NCBI GenBank assembly: GCA_964016885.1
Contig: OZ024745.1
Location: 3,782,001 to 3,846,000 of the forward strand
Direction of reading: 5' to 3'
DNA length: 64,000 bases
Source of the DNA: Eledone cirrhosa
Taxonomy: Eukaryota
Each line of letters starts with the position of its first letter. Positions within the stretch are counted from its first letter, which is position 1. A model generated the notes under the pieces. That model did no database searches. It was not told the origin of the DNA and saw only the letters and a list, made by a program, of their open reading frames with translations. A program made the position numbers and the translations under genes. Positions 23,208 through 38,200 of this stretch are shown piece after piece.

Positions 23208-26200
23208 TATAGTTGCAGGATGGGGCCACAGAGAATGGTAGGTTATAGTTGCAGGATGGGGCCACAGAGAATGGTAGGTTATAGTTGGAGGATGGGGCCA
23301 CAGAGAATGGTAGGTTATAGTTGGAGGATGGGGCCACAGAGAATGGTAGGTTATAGTTGCAGGATGGGGCCACAGAGAATGGTAGGTTATAGTTGCAGGA
23401 TGGGGCCACAGAGAATGGTAGGTTATAGTTGCAGGATGGGGCCACAGAGAATGGTAGGTTATAGTTGCAGGATGGGGCCACAGAGAATGGTAGGTTATAG
23501 TTGCAGGATGGGGCCGGAGAATGGTAGGTTATAGTTGCAGGATGGGGCCACAGAGAATGGTAGGTTATAGTTGCAGGATGGGGTCAGAGAGAATGGTAGG
23601 TTATAGTTGCAGGATGGGGCCACAGAGAATGGTAGGTTATAGTTGCAGGATGGGACCTGAGAATGGTAGGTTATAGTTGCAGGATGGGGCCACAGAGAAT
23701 GGAAGGTTATAGTTGCAGGATGGGGCCACAGAGAATGGTAGGTTATAGTTGCAGGATGGGGCCACAGAGAATGGTAGGTTATAGTTGCAGGATGGGGCCA
23801 CAGAGAATGGTAGGTTATAGTTGCAGGATGGGGCCGGAGAATGGTAGGTTATAGTTGCAGGATGGGGTCACAGAGAATGGTAGGTTATAGTTGCAGGATG
23901 GGGCCACAGAGAATGGTAGGTTATAGTTGCAGGATGGGGCCGGAGAATGGTAGGTTATAGTTGCAGGATGGGGCCACAGAGAATGGTAGGTTATAGTTGC
24001 AGGATGGGGCCACAGAGAATGGTAGGTTATAGTTGCAGGATGGGGTCACAGAGAGTGGTAGGTTATAGTTGCAGGATGGGGCCACAGAGAATGGTAGGTT
24101 ATAGTTGCAGGATGGGGCCACAGAGAATGGTAGGTTATAGTTGCAGGATGGGGCCACAGAGAATGGTAGGTTATAGTTGCAGGATGGGGCCACAGAGAAT
24201 GGTAGGTTATAGTTGCAGGATGGGACCTGAGAATGGTAGGTTATAGTTGCAGGATGGGGCCACAGAGAATGGTAGGTTATAGTTGCAGGATGGGGCCACA
24301 GAGAATGGTAGGTTATAGTTGCAGGATGGGGCCACAGAGAATGGTAGGTTATAGTTGCAGGATGGGGTCACAGAGAATGGTAGGTTATAGTTGCAGGATG
24401 GGGCCACAGAGAATGGTAGGTTATAGTTGCAGGATGGGGCCACAGAGAATGGTAGGTTATAGTTGCAGGATGGGGCCACAGAGAATGGTAGGTTATAGTT
24501 GCAGGATGGGGCCACAGAGAATGGTAGGTTATAGTTGCAGGATGGGGTCACAGAGAATGGTAGGTTATAGTTGCAGGATGGGGCCACAGAGAATGGTAGG
24601 TTATAGTTGCAGGATGGGGCCACAGAGAATGGTAGGTTATAGTTGCAGGATGGGACCTGAGAATGGTAGGTTATAGTTGCAGGATGGGGCCACAGAGAAT
24701 GGTAGGTTATAGTTGCAGGATGGGGCCACAGAGAATGGTAGGTTATAGTTGCAGGATGGGGCCACAGAGAATGGTAGGTTATAGTTGCAGGATGGGGCCA
24801 CAGAGAATGGTAGGTTATAGTTGCAGGATGGGACCTGAGAATGGTAGGTTATAGTTGCAGGATGGGGCCACAGAGAATGGTAGGTTATAGTTGCAGGATG
24901 GGGCCACAGAGAATGGTAGGTTATAGTTGCAGGATGGGGCCACAGAGAATGGTAGGTTATAGTTGCAGGATGGGGCCACAGAGAATGGTAGGTTATAGTT
25001 GCAGGATGGGGCCACAGAGAATGGTAGGTTATAGTTGCAGGATGGGGCCACAGAGAATGGTAGGTTATAGTTGCAGGATGGGGCCACAGAGAATGGTAGG
25101 TTATAGTTGCAGGATGGGGTCACAGAGAATGGTAGGTTATAGTTGCAGGATGGGGCCACAGAGAATGGTAGGTTATAGTTGCAGGATGGGGCCACAGAGA
25201 ATGGTAGGTTATAGTTGCAGGATGGGGCCACAGAGAATGGTAGGTTATAGTTGCAGGATGGGGCCACAGAGAATGGTAGGTTATAGATGCAGGATGGGGC
25301 CACAGAGAATGGTAAGTTATAGTTGCAGGATGGGGCCACAGAGAATGGTTGGTTATAGTTGCAGGATGGGGTCACAGAGAATGGTAGGTTATAGTTGCAG
25401 GATGGGGCCACAGAGAATGGTAGGTTATAGTTGCAGGATGGGGCCACAGAGAATGGTAGGTTATAGTTGCAGGATGGGGCCACAGAGAATGGTAGGTTAT
25501 AGTTGCAGGATGGGGCCACAGAGAATGGTAGGTTATAGTTGCAGGATGGGGCCACAGAGAATGGTAGGTTATAGTTGCAGGATGGGGCCACAGAGAATGG
25601 TAGGTTATAGTTGCAGGATGGGGCCACAGAGAATGGTAGGTTATAGTTGCAGGATGGGGTCACAGAGAATGGTAGGTTATAGTTGCAGGATGGGGCCACA
25701 GAGAATGGTAGGTTATAGTTGCAGGATGGGGCCACAGAGAATGGTAGGTTATAGTTGCAGGATGGGGCCACAGAGAATGGTAGGTTATAGTTGCAGGATG
25801 GGGCCACAGAGAATGGTAGGTTATAGTTGCAGGATGGGACCTGAGAATGGTAGGTTATAGTTGCAGGATGGGGCCACAGAGAATGGTAGGTTATAGTTGC
25901 AGGATGGGGCCGGAGAATGGTAGGTTATAGTTGCAGGATGGGGCCGGAGAATGGTAGGTTATAGTTGCAGGATGGGGCCACAGAGAATGGTAGGTTATAG
26001 TTGCAGGATGGGGCCACAGAGAATGGTAGGTTATAGTTGCAGGATGGGGCCACAGAGAATGGTAGGTTATAGTTGCAGGATGGGGCCACAGAGAATGGTA
26101 GGTTATAGTTGCAGGATGGGGCCACAGAGAATGGTAGGTTATAGTTGCAGGATGGGGCCACAGAGAATGGTAGGTTATAGTTGCAGGATGGGGCCGGAGA

Positions 26201-29200
26201 ATGGTAGGTTATAGTTGCAGGATGGGGCCGGAGAATGGTAGGTTATAGTTGCAGGATGGGGCCACAGAGAATGGTAGGTTATAGTTGCAGGATGGGGCCA
26301 CAGAGAATGGTAGGTTATAGTTGCAGGATGGGGCCACAGAGAATGGTAGGTTATAGTTGCAGGATGGGACCTGAGAATGGTAGGTTATAGTTGCAGGATG
26401 GGGCCACAGAGAATGGTAGGTTATAGTTGCAGGATGGGGCCACAGAGAATGGTAGGTTACAGTTGCAGGATGGGACCTGAGAATGGTAGGTTATAGTTGC
26501 AGGATGGGGCCACAGAGAATGGTAGGTTATAGTTGCAGGATGGGGCCGGAGAATGGTAGGTTATAGTTGCAGGATGGGGCCGGAGAATGGTAGGTTATAG
26601 TTGCAGGATGGGGCCACAGAGAATGGTAGGTTATAGTTGCAGGATGGGGCCACAGAGAATGGTAGGTTATAGTTGCAGGATGGGGCCACAGAGAATGGTA
26701 GGTTATAGTTGCAGGATGGGGCCACAGAGAATGGTAGGTTATAGTTGCAGGATGGGGCCACAGAGAATGGTAGGTTATAGTTGCAGGATGGGGCCGGAGA
26801 ATGGTAGGTTATAGTTGCAGGATGGGGCCGGAGAATGGTAGGTTATAGTTGCAGGATGGGGCCACAGAGAATGGTAGGTTATAGTTGCAGGATGGGGCCA
26901 CAGAGAATGGTAGGTTATAGTTGCAGGATGGGGCCGGAGAATGGTAGGTTATAGTTGCAGGATGGGGCCGGAGAATGGTAGGTTATAGTTGCAGGATGGG
27001 GCCGGAGAATGGTAGGTTATAGTTGCAGGATGGGGCCGGAGAATGGTAGGTTATAGTTGCAGGATGGGGCCACAGAGAATGGTAGGTTATAGTTGCAGGA
27101 TGGGGTCACAGAGAATGGTAGGTTATAGTTGCAGGATGGGGCCGGAGAATGGTAGGTTATAGTTGCAGGATGGGGCCACAGAGAATGGTAGGTTATAGTT
27201 GCAGGATGGGACCTGAGAATGGTAGGTTATAGTTGCAGGATGGGGCCGGAGAATGGTAGGTTATAGTTGCAGGATGGGGCCACAGAGAATGGTAGGTTAT
27301 AGTTGCAGGATGGGGTCACAGAGAATGGTAGGTTATAGTTGCAGGATGGGGCCGGAGAATGGTAGGTTATAGTTGCAGGATGGGGCCGGAGAATGGTAGG
27401 TTATAGTTGCAGGATGGGGCCACAGAGAATGGTAGGTTATAGTTGCAGGATGGGGCCACAGAGAATGGTAGGTTATAGTTGCAGGATGGGGCCACAGAGA
27501 ATGGTAGGTTATAGTTGCAGGATGGGGCCACAGAGAATGGTAGGTTATAGTTGCAGGATGGGGCCACAGAGAATGGTAGGTTATAGTTGCAGGATGGGGT
27601 CACAGAGAATGGTAGGTTATAGTTGCAGGATGGGGCCGGAGAATGGTAGGTTATAGTTGCAGGATGGGGCCACAGAGAATGGTAGGTTATAGTTGCAGGA
27701 TGGGGCCACAGAGAATGGTAGGTTATAGTTGCAGGATGGGGCCGGAGAATGGTAGGTTATAGTTGCAGGATGGGGCCACAGAGAATGGTAGGTTATAGTT
27801 GCAGGATGGGGCCACAGAGAATGGTAGGTTATAGTTGCAGGATGGGGCCGGAGAATGGTAGGTTATAGTTGCAGGATGGGGCCACAGAGAATGGTAGGTT
27901 ATAGTTGCAGGATGGGGTCACAGAGAATGGTAGGTTATAGTTGCAGGATGGGGCCGGAGAATGGTAGGTTATAGTTGCAGGATGGGGCCACAGAGAATGG
28001 TAGGTTATAGTTGCAGGATGGGGTCACAGAGAATGGTAGGTTATAGTTGCAGGATGGGGCCGGAGAATGGTAGGTTATAGTTGCAGGATGGGGCCACAGA
28101 GAATGGTAGGTTATAGTTGCAGGATGGGGCCACAGAGAATGGTAGGTTATAGTTGCAGGATGGGGCCACAGAGAATGGTAGGTTATAGTTGCAGGATGGG
28201 GCCACAGAGAATGGTAGGTTATAGTTGCAGGATGGGGCCACAGAGAATGGTAGGTTATAGTTGCAGGATGGGGCCGGAGAATGGTAGGTTATAGTTGCAG
28301 GATGGGGCCACAGAGAATGGTAGGTTATAGTTGCAGGATGGGGTCACAGAGAATGGTAGGTTATAGTTGCAGGATGGGGCCACAGAGAATGGTAGGTTAT
28401 AGTTGCAGGATGGGGCCACAGAGAATGGTAGGTTATAGTTGCAGGATGGGGCCGGAGAATGGTAGGTTATAGTTGCAGGATGGGGTCACAGAGAATGGTA
28501 GGTTATAGTTGCAGGATGGGGCCGGAGAATGGTAGGTTATAGTTGCAGGATGGGGCCACAGAGAATGGTAGGTTATAGTTGCAGGATGGGGCCACAGAGA
28601 ATGGTAGGTTATAGTTGCAGGATGGGGCCACAGAGAATGGTAGGTTATAGTTGCAGGATGGGGCCGGAGAATGGTAGGTTATAGTTGCAGGATGGGGCCA
28701 CAGAGAATGGTAGGTTATAGTTGCAGGATGGGGCCACAGAGAATGGTAGGTTATAGTTGCAGGATGGGGTCACAGAGAATGGTAGGTTATAGTTGCAGGA
28801 TGGGGCCACAGAGAATGGTAGGTTATAGTTGCAGGATGGGGCCGGAGAATGGTAGGTTATAGTTGCAGGATGGGGCCACAGAGAATGGTAGGTTATAGTT
28901 GCAGGATGGGGCCACAGAGAATGGTAGGTTATAGTTGCAGGATGGGGCCACAGAGAATGGTAGGTTATAGTTGCAGGATGGGGCCGGAGAATGGTAGGTT
29001 ATAGTTGCAGGATGGGGCCACAGAGAATGGTAGGTTATAGTTGCAGGATGGGGCCACAGAGAATGGTAGGTTATAGTTGCAGGATGGGGCCACAGAGAAT
29101 GGTAGGTTATAGTTGCAGGATGGGGCCACAGAGAATGGTAGGTTATAGTTGCAGGATGGGGCCACAGAGAATGGTAGGTTATAGTTGCAGGATGGGGCCG

Positions 29201-32200
29201 GAGAATGGTAGGTTATAGTTGCAGGATGGGGCCACAGAGAATGGTAGGTTATAGTTGCAGGATGGGGTCACAGAGAATGGTAGGTTATAGTTGCAGGATG
29301 GGGCCGGAGAATGGTAGGTTATAGTTGCAGGATGGGGCCACAGAGAATGGTAGGTTATAGTTGCAGGATGGGGCCACAGAGAATGGTAGGTTATAGTTGC
29401 AGGATGGGGCCACAGAGAATGGTAGGTTATAGTTGCAGGATGGGGCCACAGAGAATGGTAGGTTATAGTTGCAGGATGGGGTCACAGAGAATGGTAGGTT
29501 ATAGTTGCAGGATGGGGCCACAGAGAATGGTAGGTTATAGTTGCAGGATGGGGCCGGAGAATGGTAGGTTATAGTTGCAGGATGGGGCCACAGAGAATGG
29601 TAGGTTATAGTTGCAGGATGGGGCCACAGAGAATGGTAGGTTATAGTTGCAGGATGGGGCCACAGAGAATGGTAGGTTATAGTTGCAGGATGGGGCCGGA
29701 GAATGGTAGGTTATAGTTGCAGGATGGGGCCACAGAGAATGGTAGGTTATAGTTGCAGGATGGGGCCACAGAGAATGGTAGGTTATAGTTGCAGGATGGG
29801 GCCGGAGAATGGTAGGTTATAGTTGCAGGATGGGGCCACAGAGAATGGTAGGTTATAGTTGCAGGATGGGGACCGGAGAATGGTAGGTTATAGTTGCAGG
29901 ATGGGGTCACAGAGAATGGTAGGTTATAGTTGCAGGATGGGGCCGGAGAATGGTAGGTTATAGTTGCAGGATGGGGCCACAGAGAATGGTAGGTTATAGT
30001 TGCAGGATGGGGTCACAGAGAATGGTAGGTTATAGTTGCAGGATGGGGCCGGAGAATGGTAGGTTATAGTTGCAGGATGGGGCCACAGAGAATGGTAGGT
30101 TATAGTTGCAGGATGGGGCCACAGAGAATGGTAGGTTATAGTTGCAGGATGGGGCCACAGAGAATGGTAGGTTATAGTTGCAGGATGGGGCCACAGAGAA
30201 TGGTAGGTTATAGTTGCAGGATGGGGTCACAGAGAATGGTAGGTTATAGTTGCAGGATGGGGCCAGGAGAATGGTAGGTTATAGTTGCAGGATGGGGCCG
30301 GAGAATGGTAGGTTATAGTTGCAGGATGGGGCCACAGAGAATGGTAGGTTATAGTTGCAGGATGGGGCCACAGAGAATGGTAGGTTATAGTTGCAGGATG
30401 GGGCCACAGAGAATGGTAGGTTATAGTTGCAGGATGGGGCCACAGAGAATGGTAGGTTATAGTTGCAGGATGGGGCCACAGAGAATGGTAGGTTATAGTT
30501 GCAGGATGGGGCCGGAGAATGGTAGGTTATAGTTGCAGGATGGGGCCCGGAGAATGGTAGGTTATAGTTGCAGGATGGGGCCACAGAGAATGGTAGGTTA
30601 TAGTTGCAGGATGGGGCCACAGAGAATGGTAGGTTATAGTTGCAGGATGGGGCCGGAGAATGGTAGGTTATAGTTGCAGGATGGGGCCGGAGAATGGTAG
30701 GTTATAGTTGCAGGATGGGGCCGGAGAATGGTAGGTTATAGTTGCAGGATGGGGCCACAGAGAATGGTAGGTTATAGTTGCAGGATGGGGTCACAGAGAA
30801 TGGTAGGTTATAGTTGCAGGATGGGGCCACAGAGAATGGTAGGTTATAGTTGCAGGATGGGGCCGGAGAATGGTAGGTTATAGTTGCAGGATGGGGCCAC
30901 AGAGAATGGTAGGTTATAGTTGCAGGATGGGACCTGAGAATGGTAGGTTATAGTTGCAGGATGGGGCCGGAGAATGGTAGGTTATAGTTGCAGGATGGGG
31001 CCACAGAGAATGGTAGGTTATAGTTGCAGGATGGGGTCACAGAGAATGGTAGGTTATAGTTGCAGGATGGGGTCACAGAGAATGGTAGGTTATAGTTGCA
31101 GGATGGGGCCACAGAGAATGGTAGGTTATAGTTGCAGGATGGGGTCACAGAGAATGGTAGGTTATAGTTGCAGGATGGGGCCGGAGAATGGTAGGTTATA
31201 GTTGCAGGATGGGGCCACAGAGAATGGTAGGTTATAGTTGCAGGATGGGACCTGAGAATGGTAGGTTATAGTTGCAGGATGGGGCCGGAGAATGGTAGGT
31301 TATAGTTGCAGGATGGGGCCACAGAGAATGGTAGGTTATAGTTGCAGGATGGGGTCACAGAGAATGGTAGGTTATAGTTGCAGGATGGGGCCGGAGAATG
31401 GTAGGTTATAGTTGCAGGATGGGGCCGGAGAATGGTAGGTTATAGTTGCAGGATGGGGTCACAGAGAATGGTAGGTTATAGTTGCAGGATGGGGCCGGAG
31501 AATGGTAGGTTATAGTTGCAGGATGGGGCCACAGAGAATGGTAGGTTATAGTTGCAGGATGGGGCCACAGAGAATGGTAGGTTATAGTTGCAGGATGGGG
31601 CCACAGAGAATGGTAGGTTATAGTTGCAGGATGGGGCCACAGAGAATGGTAGGTTATAGTTGCAGGATGGGGTCACAGAGAATGGTAGGTTATAGTTGCA
31701 GGATGGGGCCACAGAGAATGGTAGGTTATAGTTGCAGGATGGGGCCGGAGAATGGTAGGTTATAGTTGCAGGATGGGGCCGGAGAATGGTAGGTTATAGT
31801 TGCAGGATGGGGCCGGAGAATGGTAGGTTATAGTTGCAGGATGGGGCCGGAGAATGGTAGGTTATAGTTGCAGGATGGGGCCACAGAGAATGGTAGGTTA
31901 TAGTTGCAGGATGGGGTCACAGAGAATGGTAGGTTATAGTTGCAGGATGGGGCCGGAGAATGGTAGGTTATAGTTGCAGGATGGGGTCACAGAGAATGGT
32001 AGGTTATAGTTGCAGGATGGGGTCACAGAGAATGGTAGGTTATAGTTGCAGGATGGGGCCGGAGAATGGTAGGTTATAGTTGCAGGATGGGGTCACAGAG
32101 AATGGTAGGTTATAGTTGCAGGATGGGGCCACAGAGAATGGTAGGTTATAGTTGCAGGATGGGGCCGGAGAATGGTAGGTTATAGTTGCAGGATGGGGCC

Positions 32201-35200
32201 ACAGAGAATGGTAGGTTATAGTTGCAGGATGGGGCCGGAGAATGGTAGGTTATAGTTGCAGGATGGGGCCGGAGAATGGTAGGTTATAGTTGCAGGATGG
32301 GGCCGGAGAATGGTAGGTTATAGTTGCAGGATGGGGTCACAGAGAATGGTAGGTTATAGTTGCAGGATGGGGCCGGAGAATGGTAGGTTATAGTTGCAGG
32401 ATGGGGCCACAGAGAATGGTAGGTTATAGTTGCAGGATGGGGCCACAGAGAATGGTAGGTTATAGTTGCAGGATGGGGCCACAGAGAATGGTAGGTTATA
32501 GTTGCAGGATGGGGCCACAGAGAATGGTAGGTTATAGTTGCAGGATGGGGTCACAGAGAATGGTAGGTTATAGTTGCAGGATGGGGCCACAGAGAATGGT
32601 AGGTTATAGTTGCAGGATGGGGCCGGAGAATGGTAGGTTATAGTTGCAGGATGGGGCCGGAGAATGGTAGGTTATAGTTGCAGGATGGGGCCGGAGAATG
32701 GTAGGTTATAGTTGCAGGATGGGGTCACAGAGAATGGTAGGTTATAGTTGCAGGATGGGGCCCGGAGAATGGTAGGTTATAGTTGCAGGATGGGGTCCAC
32801 AGAGAATGGTAGGTTATAGTTGCAGGATGGGGCCGGAGAATGGTAGGTTATAGTTGCAGGATGGGGTCACAGAGAATGGTAGGTTATAGTTGCAGGATGG
32901 GGTCACAGAGAATGGTAGGTTATAGTTGCAGGATGGGGCCGGAGAATGGTAGGTTATAGTTGCAGGATGGGGTCACAGAGAATGGTAGGTTATAGTTGCA
33001 GGATGGGGCCACAGAGAATGGTAGGTTATAGTTGCAGGATGGGGCCGGAGAATGGTAGGTTATAGTTGCAGGATGGGGCCACAGAGAATGGTAGGTTATA
33101 GTTGCAGGATGGGACCACAGAGAATGGTAGGTTATAGTTGCAGGATGGGGCCGGAGAATGGTAGGTTATAGTTGCAGGATGGGGCCACAGAGAATGGTAG
33201 GTTATAGTTGCAGGATGGGGCCACAGAGAATGGTAGGTTATAGTTGCAGGATGGGGCCGGAGAATGGTAGGTTATAGTTGCAGGATGGGGCCGGAGAATG
33301 GTAGGTTATAGTTGCAGGATGGGGCCGGAGAATGGTAGGTTATAGTTGCAGGATGGGGTCACAGAGAATGGTAGGTTATAGTTGCAGGATGGGGCCGGAG
33401 AATGGTAGGTTATAGTTGCAGGATGGGGCCGGAGAATGGTAGGTTATAGTTGCAGGATGGGGCCACAGAGAATGGTAGGTTATAGTTGCAGGATGGGGCC
33501 ACAGAGAATGGTAGGTTATAGTTGCAGGATGGGGCCGGAGAATGGTAGGTTATAGTTGCAGGATGGGGCCGGAGAATGGTAGGTTATAGTTGCAGGATGG
33601 GGCCGGAGAATGGTAGGTTATAGTTGCAGGATGGGGTCACAGAGAATGGTAGGTTATAGTTGCAGGATGGGGCCGGAGAATGGTAGGTTATAGTTGCAGG
33701 ATGGGGCCGGAGAATGGTAGGTTATAGTTGCAGGATGGGGCCGGAGAATGGTAGGTTATAGTTGCAGGATGGGGCCGGAGAATGGTAGGTTATAGTTGCA
33801 GGATGGGGTCACAGAGAATGGTAGGTTATAGTTGCAGGATGGGGCCGGAGAATGGTAGGTTATAGTTGCAGGATGGGGTCACAGAGAATGGTAGGTTATA
33901 GTTGCAGGATGGGGCCACAGAGAGTGGTAGGTTATAGTTGCAGGATGGGGTCACAGAGAATGGTAGGTTATAGTTGCAGGATGGGGCCGGAGAATGGTAG
34001 GTTATAGTTGCAGGATGGGGCCGGAGAATGGTAGGTTATAGTTGCAGGATGGGGCCACAGAGAATGGTAGGTTATAGTTGCAGGATGGGGCCGGAGAATG
34101 GTAGGTTATAGTTGCAGGATGGGGTCACAGAGAATGGTAGGTTATAGTTGCAGGATGGGGCCACAGAGAGTGGTAGGTTATAGTTGCAGGATGGGGTCAC
34201 AGAGAATGGTAGGTTATAGTTGCAGGATGGGGCCGGAGAATGGTAGGTTATAGTTGCAGGATGGGGTCACAGAGAATGGTAGGTTATAGTTGCAGGATGG
34301 GGCCGGAGAATGGTAGGTTATAGTTGCAGGATGGGGCCACAGAGAATGGTAGGTTATAGTTGCAGGATGGGGCCGGAGAATGGTGGGTTATAGTTGCAGG
34401 ATGGGGTCACAGAGAATGGTAGGTTATAGTTGCAGGATGGGGCCGGAGAATGGTAGGTTATAGTTGCAGGATGGGGCCGGAGAATGGTAGGTTATAGTTG
34501 CAGGATGGGGTCACAGAGAATGGTAGGTTATAGTTGCAGGATGGGGCCGGAGAATGGTAGGTTATAGTTGCAGGATGGGGCCGGAGAATGGTAGGTTATA
34601 GTTGCAGGATGGGGTCACAGAGAATGGTAGGTTATAGTTGCAGGATGGGGTCACAGAGAATGGTAGGTTATAGTTGCAGGATGGGGCCACAGAGAATGGT
34701 AGGTTATAGTTGCAGGATGGGGTCACAGAGAATGGTAGGTTATAGTTGCAGGATGGGGTCACAGAGAATGGTAGGTTATAGTTGCAGGATGGGGCCGGAG
34801 AATGGTAGGTTATAGTTGCAGGATGGGGCCGGAGAATGGTAGGTTATAGTTGCAGGATGGGGCCGGAGAATGGTAGGTTATAGTTGCAGGATGGGGCCGG
34901 AGAATGGTAGGTTATAGTTGCAGGATGGGGCCGGAGAATGGTAGGTTATAGTTGCAGGATGGGGTCACAGAGAATGGTAGGTTATAGTTGCAGGATGGGG
35001 TCACAGAGAATGGTAGGTTATAGTTGCAGGATGGGGCCACAGAGAATGGTAGGTTATAGTTGCAGGATGGGACCTGAGAATGGTAGGTTATAGTTGCAGG
35101 ATGGGGCCGGAGAATGGTAGGTTATAGTTGCAGGATGGGGTCACAGAGAATGGTAGGTTATAGTTGCAGGATGGGGCCGGAGAATGGTAGGTTATAGTTG

Positions 35201-38200
35201 CAGGATGGGGCCGGAGAATGGTAGGTTATAGTTGCAGGATGGGGTCACAGAGAATGGTAGGTTATAGTTGCAGGATGGGGTCACAGAGAATGGTAGGTTA
35301 TAGTTGCAGGATGGGGCCACAGAGAATGGTAGGTTATAGTTGCAGGATGGGGACCTGAGAATGGTAGGTTATAGTTGCAGGATGGGGCCGGAGAATGGTA
35401 GGTTATAGTTGCAGGATGGGGTCACAGAGAATGGTAGGTTATAGTTGCAGGATGGGGCCGGAGAATGGTAGGTTATAGTTGCAGGATGGGGCCGGAGAAT
35501 GGTAGGTTATAGTTGCAGGATGGGGTCACAGAGAATGGTAGGTTATAGTTGCAGGATGGGGTCACAGAGAATGGTAGGTTATAGTTGCAGGATGGGGCCA
35601 CAGAGAATGGTAGGTTATAGTTGCAGGATGGGGCCGGAGAATGGTAGGTTATAGTTGCAGGATGGGGCCGGAGAATGGTAGGTTATAGTTGCAGGATGGG
35701 GCCGGAGAATGGTAGGTTATAGTTGCAGGATGGGGTCACAGAGAATGGTAGGTTATAGTTGCAGGATGGGGTCACAGAGAATGGTAGGTTATAGTTGCAG
35801 GATGGGGTCACAGAGAATGGTAGGTTATAGTTGCAGGATGGGGCCACAGAGAATGGTAGGTTATAGTTGCAGGATGGGGTCACAGAGAATGGTAGGTTAT
35901 AGTTGCAGGATGGGGTCACAGAGAATGGTAGGTTATAGTTGCAGGATGGGGCCGAGAATGGTAGGTTATAGTTGCAGGATGGGGTCACAGAGAATGGTAG
36001 GTTATAGTTGCAGGATGGGGTCACAGAGAATGGTAGGTTATAGTTGCAGGATGGGGTCACAGAGAATGGTAGGTTATAGTTGCAGGATGGGGCCACAGAG
36101 AATGGTAGGTTATAGTTGCAGGATGGGGTCACAGAGAATGGTAGGTTATAGTTGCAGGATGGGGTCACAGAGAATGGTAGGTTATAGTTGCAGGATGGGG
36201 TCACAGAGAATGGTAGGTTATAGTTGCAGGATGGGGCCACAGAGAATGGTAGGTTATAGTTGCAGGATGGGGTCACAGAGAATGGTAGGTTATAGTTGCA
36301 GGATGGGGTCACAGAGAATGGTAGGTTATAGTTGCAGGATGGGGCCGGAGAATGGTAGGTTATAGTTGCAGGATGGGGCCGGAGAATGGTAGGTTATAGT
36401 TGCAGGATGGGGTCACAGAGAATGGTAGGTTATAGTTGCAGGATGGGGCACGGAGAATGGTAGGTTATAGTTGCAGGATGGGGCCGGAGAATGGTAGGTT
36501 ATAGTTGCAGGATGGGGCCGGAGAATGGTAGGTTATAGTTGCAGGATGGGGTCACAGAGAATGGTAGGTTATAGTTGCAGGATGGGGTCACAGAGAATGG
36601 TAGGTTATAGTTGCAGGATGGGGCCACAGAGAATGGGTAGGTTATAGTTGCAGGATGGGGTCACAGAGAATGGTAGGTTATAGTTGCAGGATGGGGTCAC
36701 AGAGAATGGTAGGTTATAGTTGCAGGATGGGGCCGGAGAATGGTAGGTTATAGTTGCAGGATGGGGCCGGAGAATGGTAGGTTATAGTTGCAGGATGGGG
36801 CCGGAGAATGGTAGGTTATAGTTGCAGGATGGGGCCGGAGAATGGTAGGTTATAGTTGCAGGATGGGGTCACAGAGAATGGTAGGTTATAGTTGCAGGAT
36901 GGGGCCGGAGAATGGTAGGTTATAGTTGCAGGATGGGGCCGGAGAATGGTAGGTTATAGTTGCAGGATGGGGTCACAGAGAATGGTAGGTTATAGTTGCA
37001 GGATGGGGTCACAGAGAATGGTAGGTTATAGTTGCAGGATGGGGCCACAGAGAATGGTAGGTTATAGTTGCAGGATGGGGTCACAGAGAATGGTAGGTTA
37101 TAGTTGCAGGATGGGGCCAGAGAATGGTAGGTTATAGTTGCAGGATGGGGCCGGAGAATGGTAGGTTATAGTTGCAGGATGGGGCCAGGAGAATGGTAGG
37201 TTATAGTTGCAGGATGGGGCCGGAGAATGGTAGGTTATAGTTGCAGGATGGGGCCGGAGAATGGTAGGTTATAGTTGCAGGATGGGGCCGGAGAATGGTA
37301 GGTTATAGTTGCAGGATGGGGACCACAGAGAATGGTAGGTTATAGTTGCAGGATGGGGCCCAGAGAATGGTAGGTTATAGTTGCAGGATGGGGCCGGAGA
37401 ATGGTAGGTTATAGTTGCAGGATGGGGCCACAGAGAATGGTAGGTTATAGTTGCAGTATGGGACCACAGAGAATGGTAGGTTATAGTTGCAGGATGGGGC
37501 CACAGAGAATGGTAGGTTATAGTTGCAGGATGGGGCCACAGAGAATGGTAGGTTATAGTTGCAGGATGGGGCCGGAGAATGGTAGGTTATAGTTGCAGTA
37601 TGGGACCACAGAGAATGGTAGGTTATAGTTGCAGGATGGGGCCACAGAGAATGGTAGGTTATAGTTGCAGGATGGGGCCGGAGAATGGTAGGTTATAGTT
37701 GCAGGATGGGGCCGGAGAATGGTAGGTTATAGTTGCAGTATGGGACCACAGAGAATGGTAGGTTATAGTTGCAGGATGGGGCCACAGAGAATGGTAGGTT
37801 ATAGTTGCAGGATGGGGCCGGAGAATGGTAGGTTATAGTTGCAGGATGGGGACCACAGGAGAATGGTAGGTTATAGTTGCAGGATGGGCCACAGAGAATG
37901 GTAGGTTATAGTTGCAGGATGGGGCCCGGAGAATGGTAGGTTATAGTTGCAGGATGGGGCCGGAGAATGGTAGGTTATAGTTGCAGGATGGGCCACAGAG
38001 AATGGTAGGTTATAGTTGCAGGATGGGGCCACAGAGAATGGTAGGTTATAGTTGCAGGATGGGGCCCGGAGAATGGTAGGTTATAGTTGCAGGATGGGGC
38101 CGGAGAATGGTAGGTTATAGTTGCAGTATGGGACCACAGAGAATGGTAGGTTATAGTTGCAGGATGGGGCCACAGAGAATGGTAGGTTATAGTTGCAGGA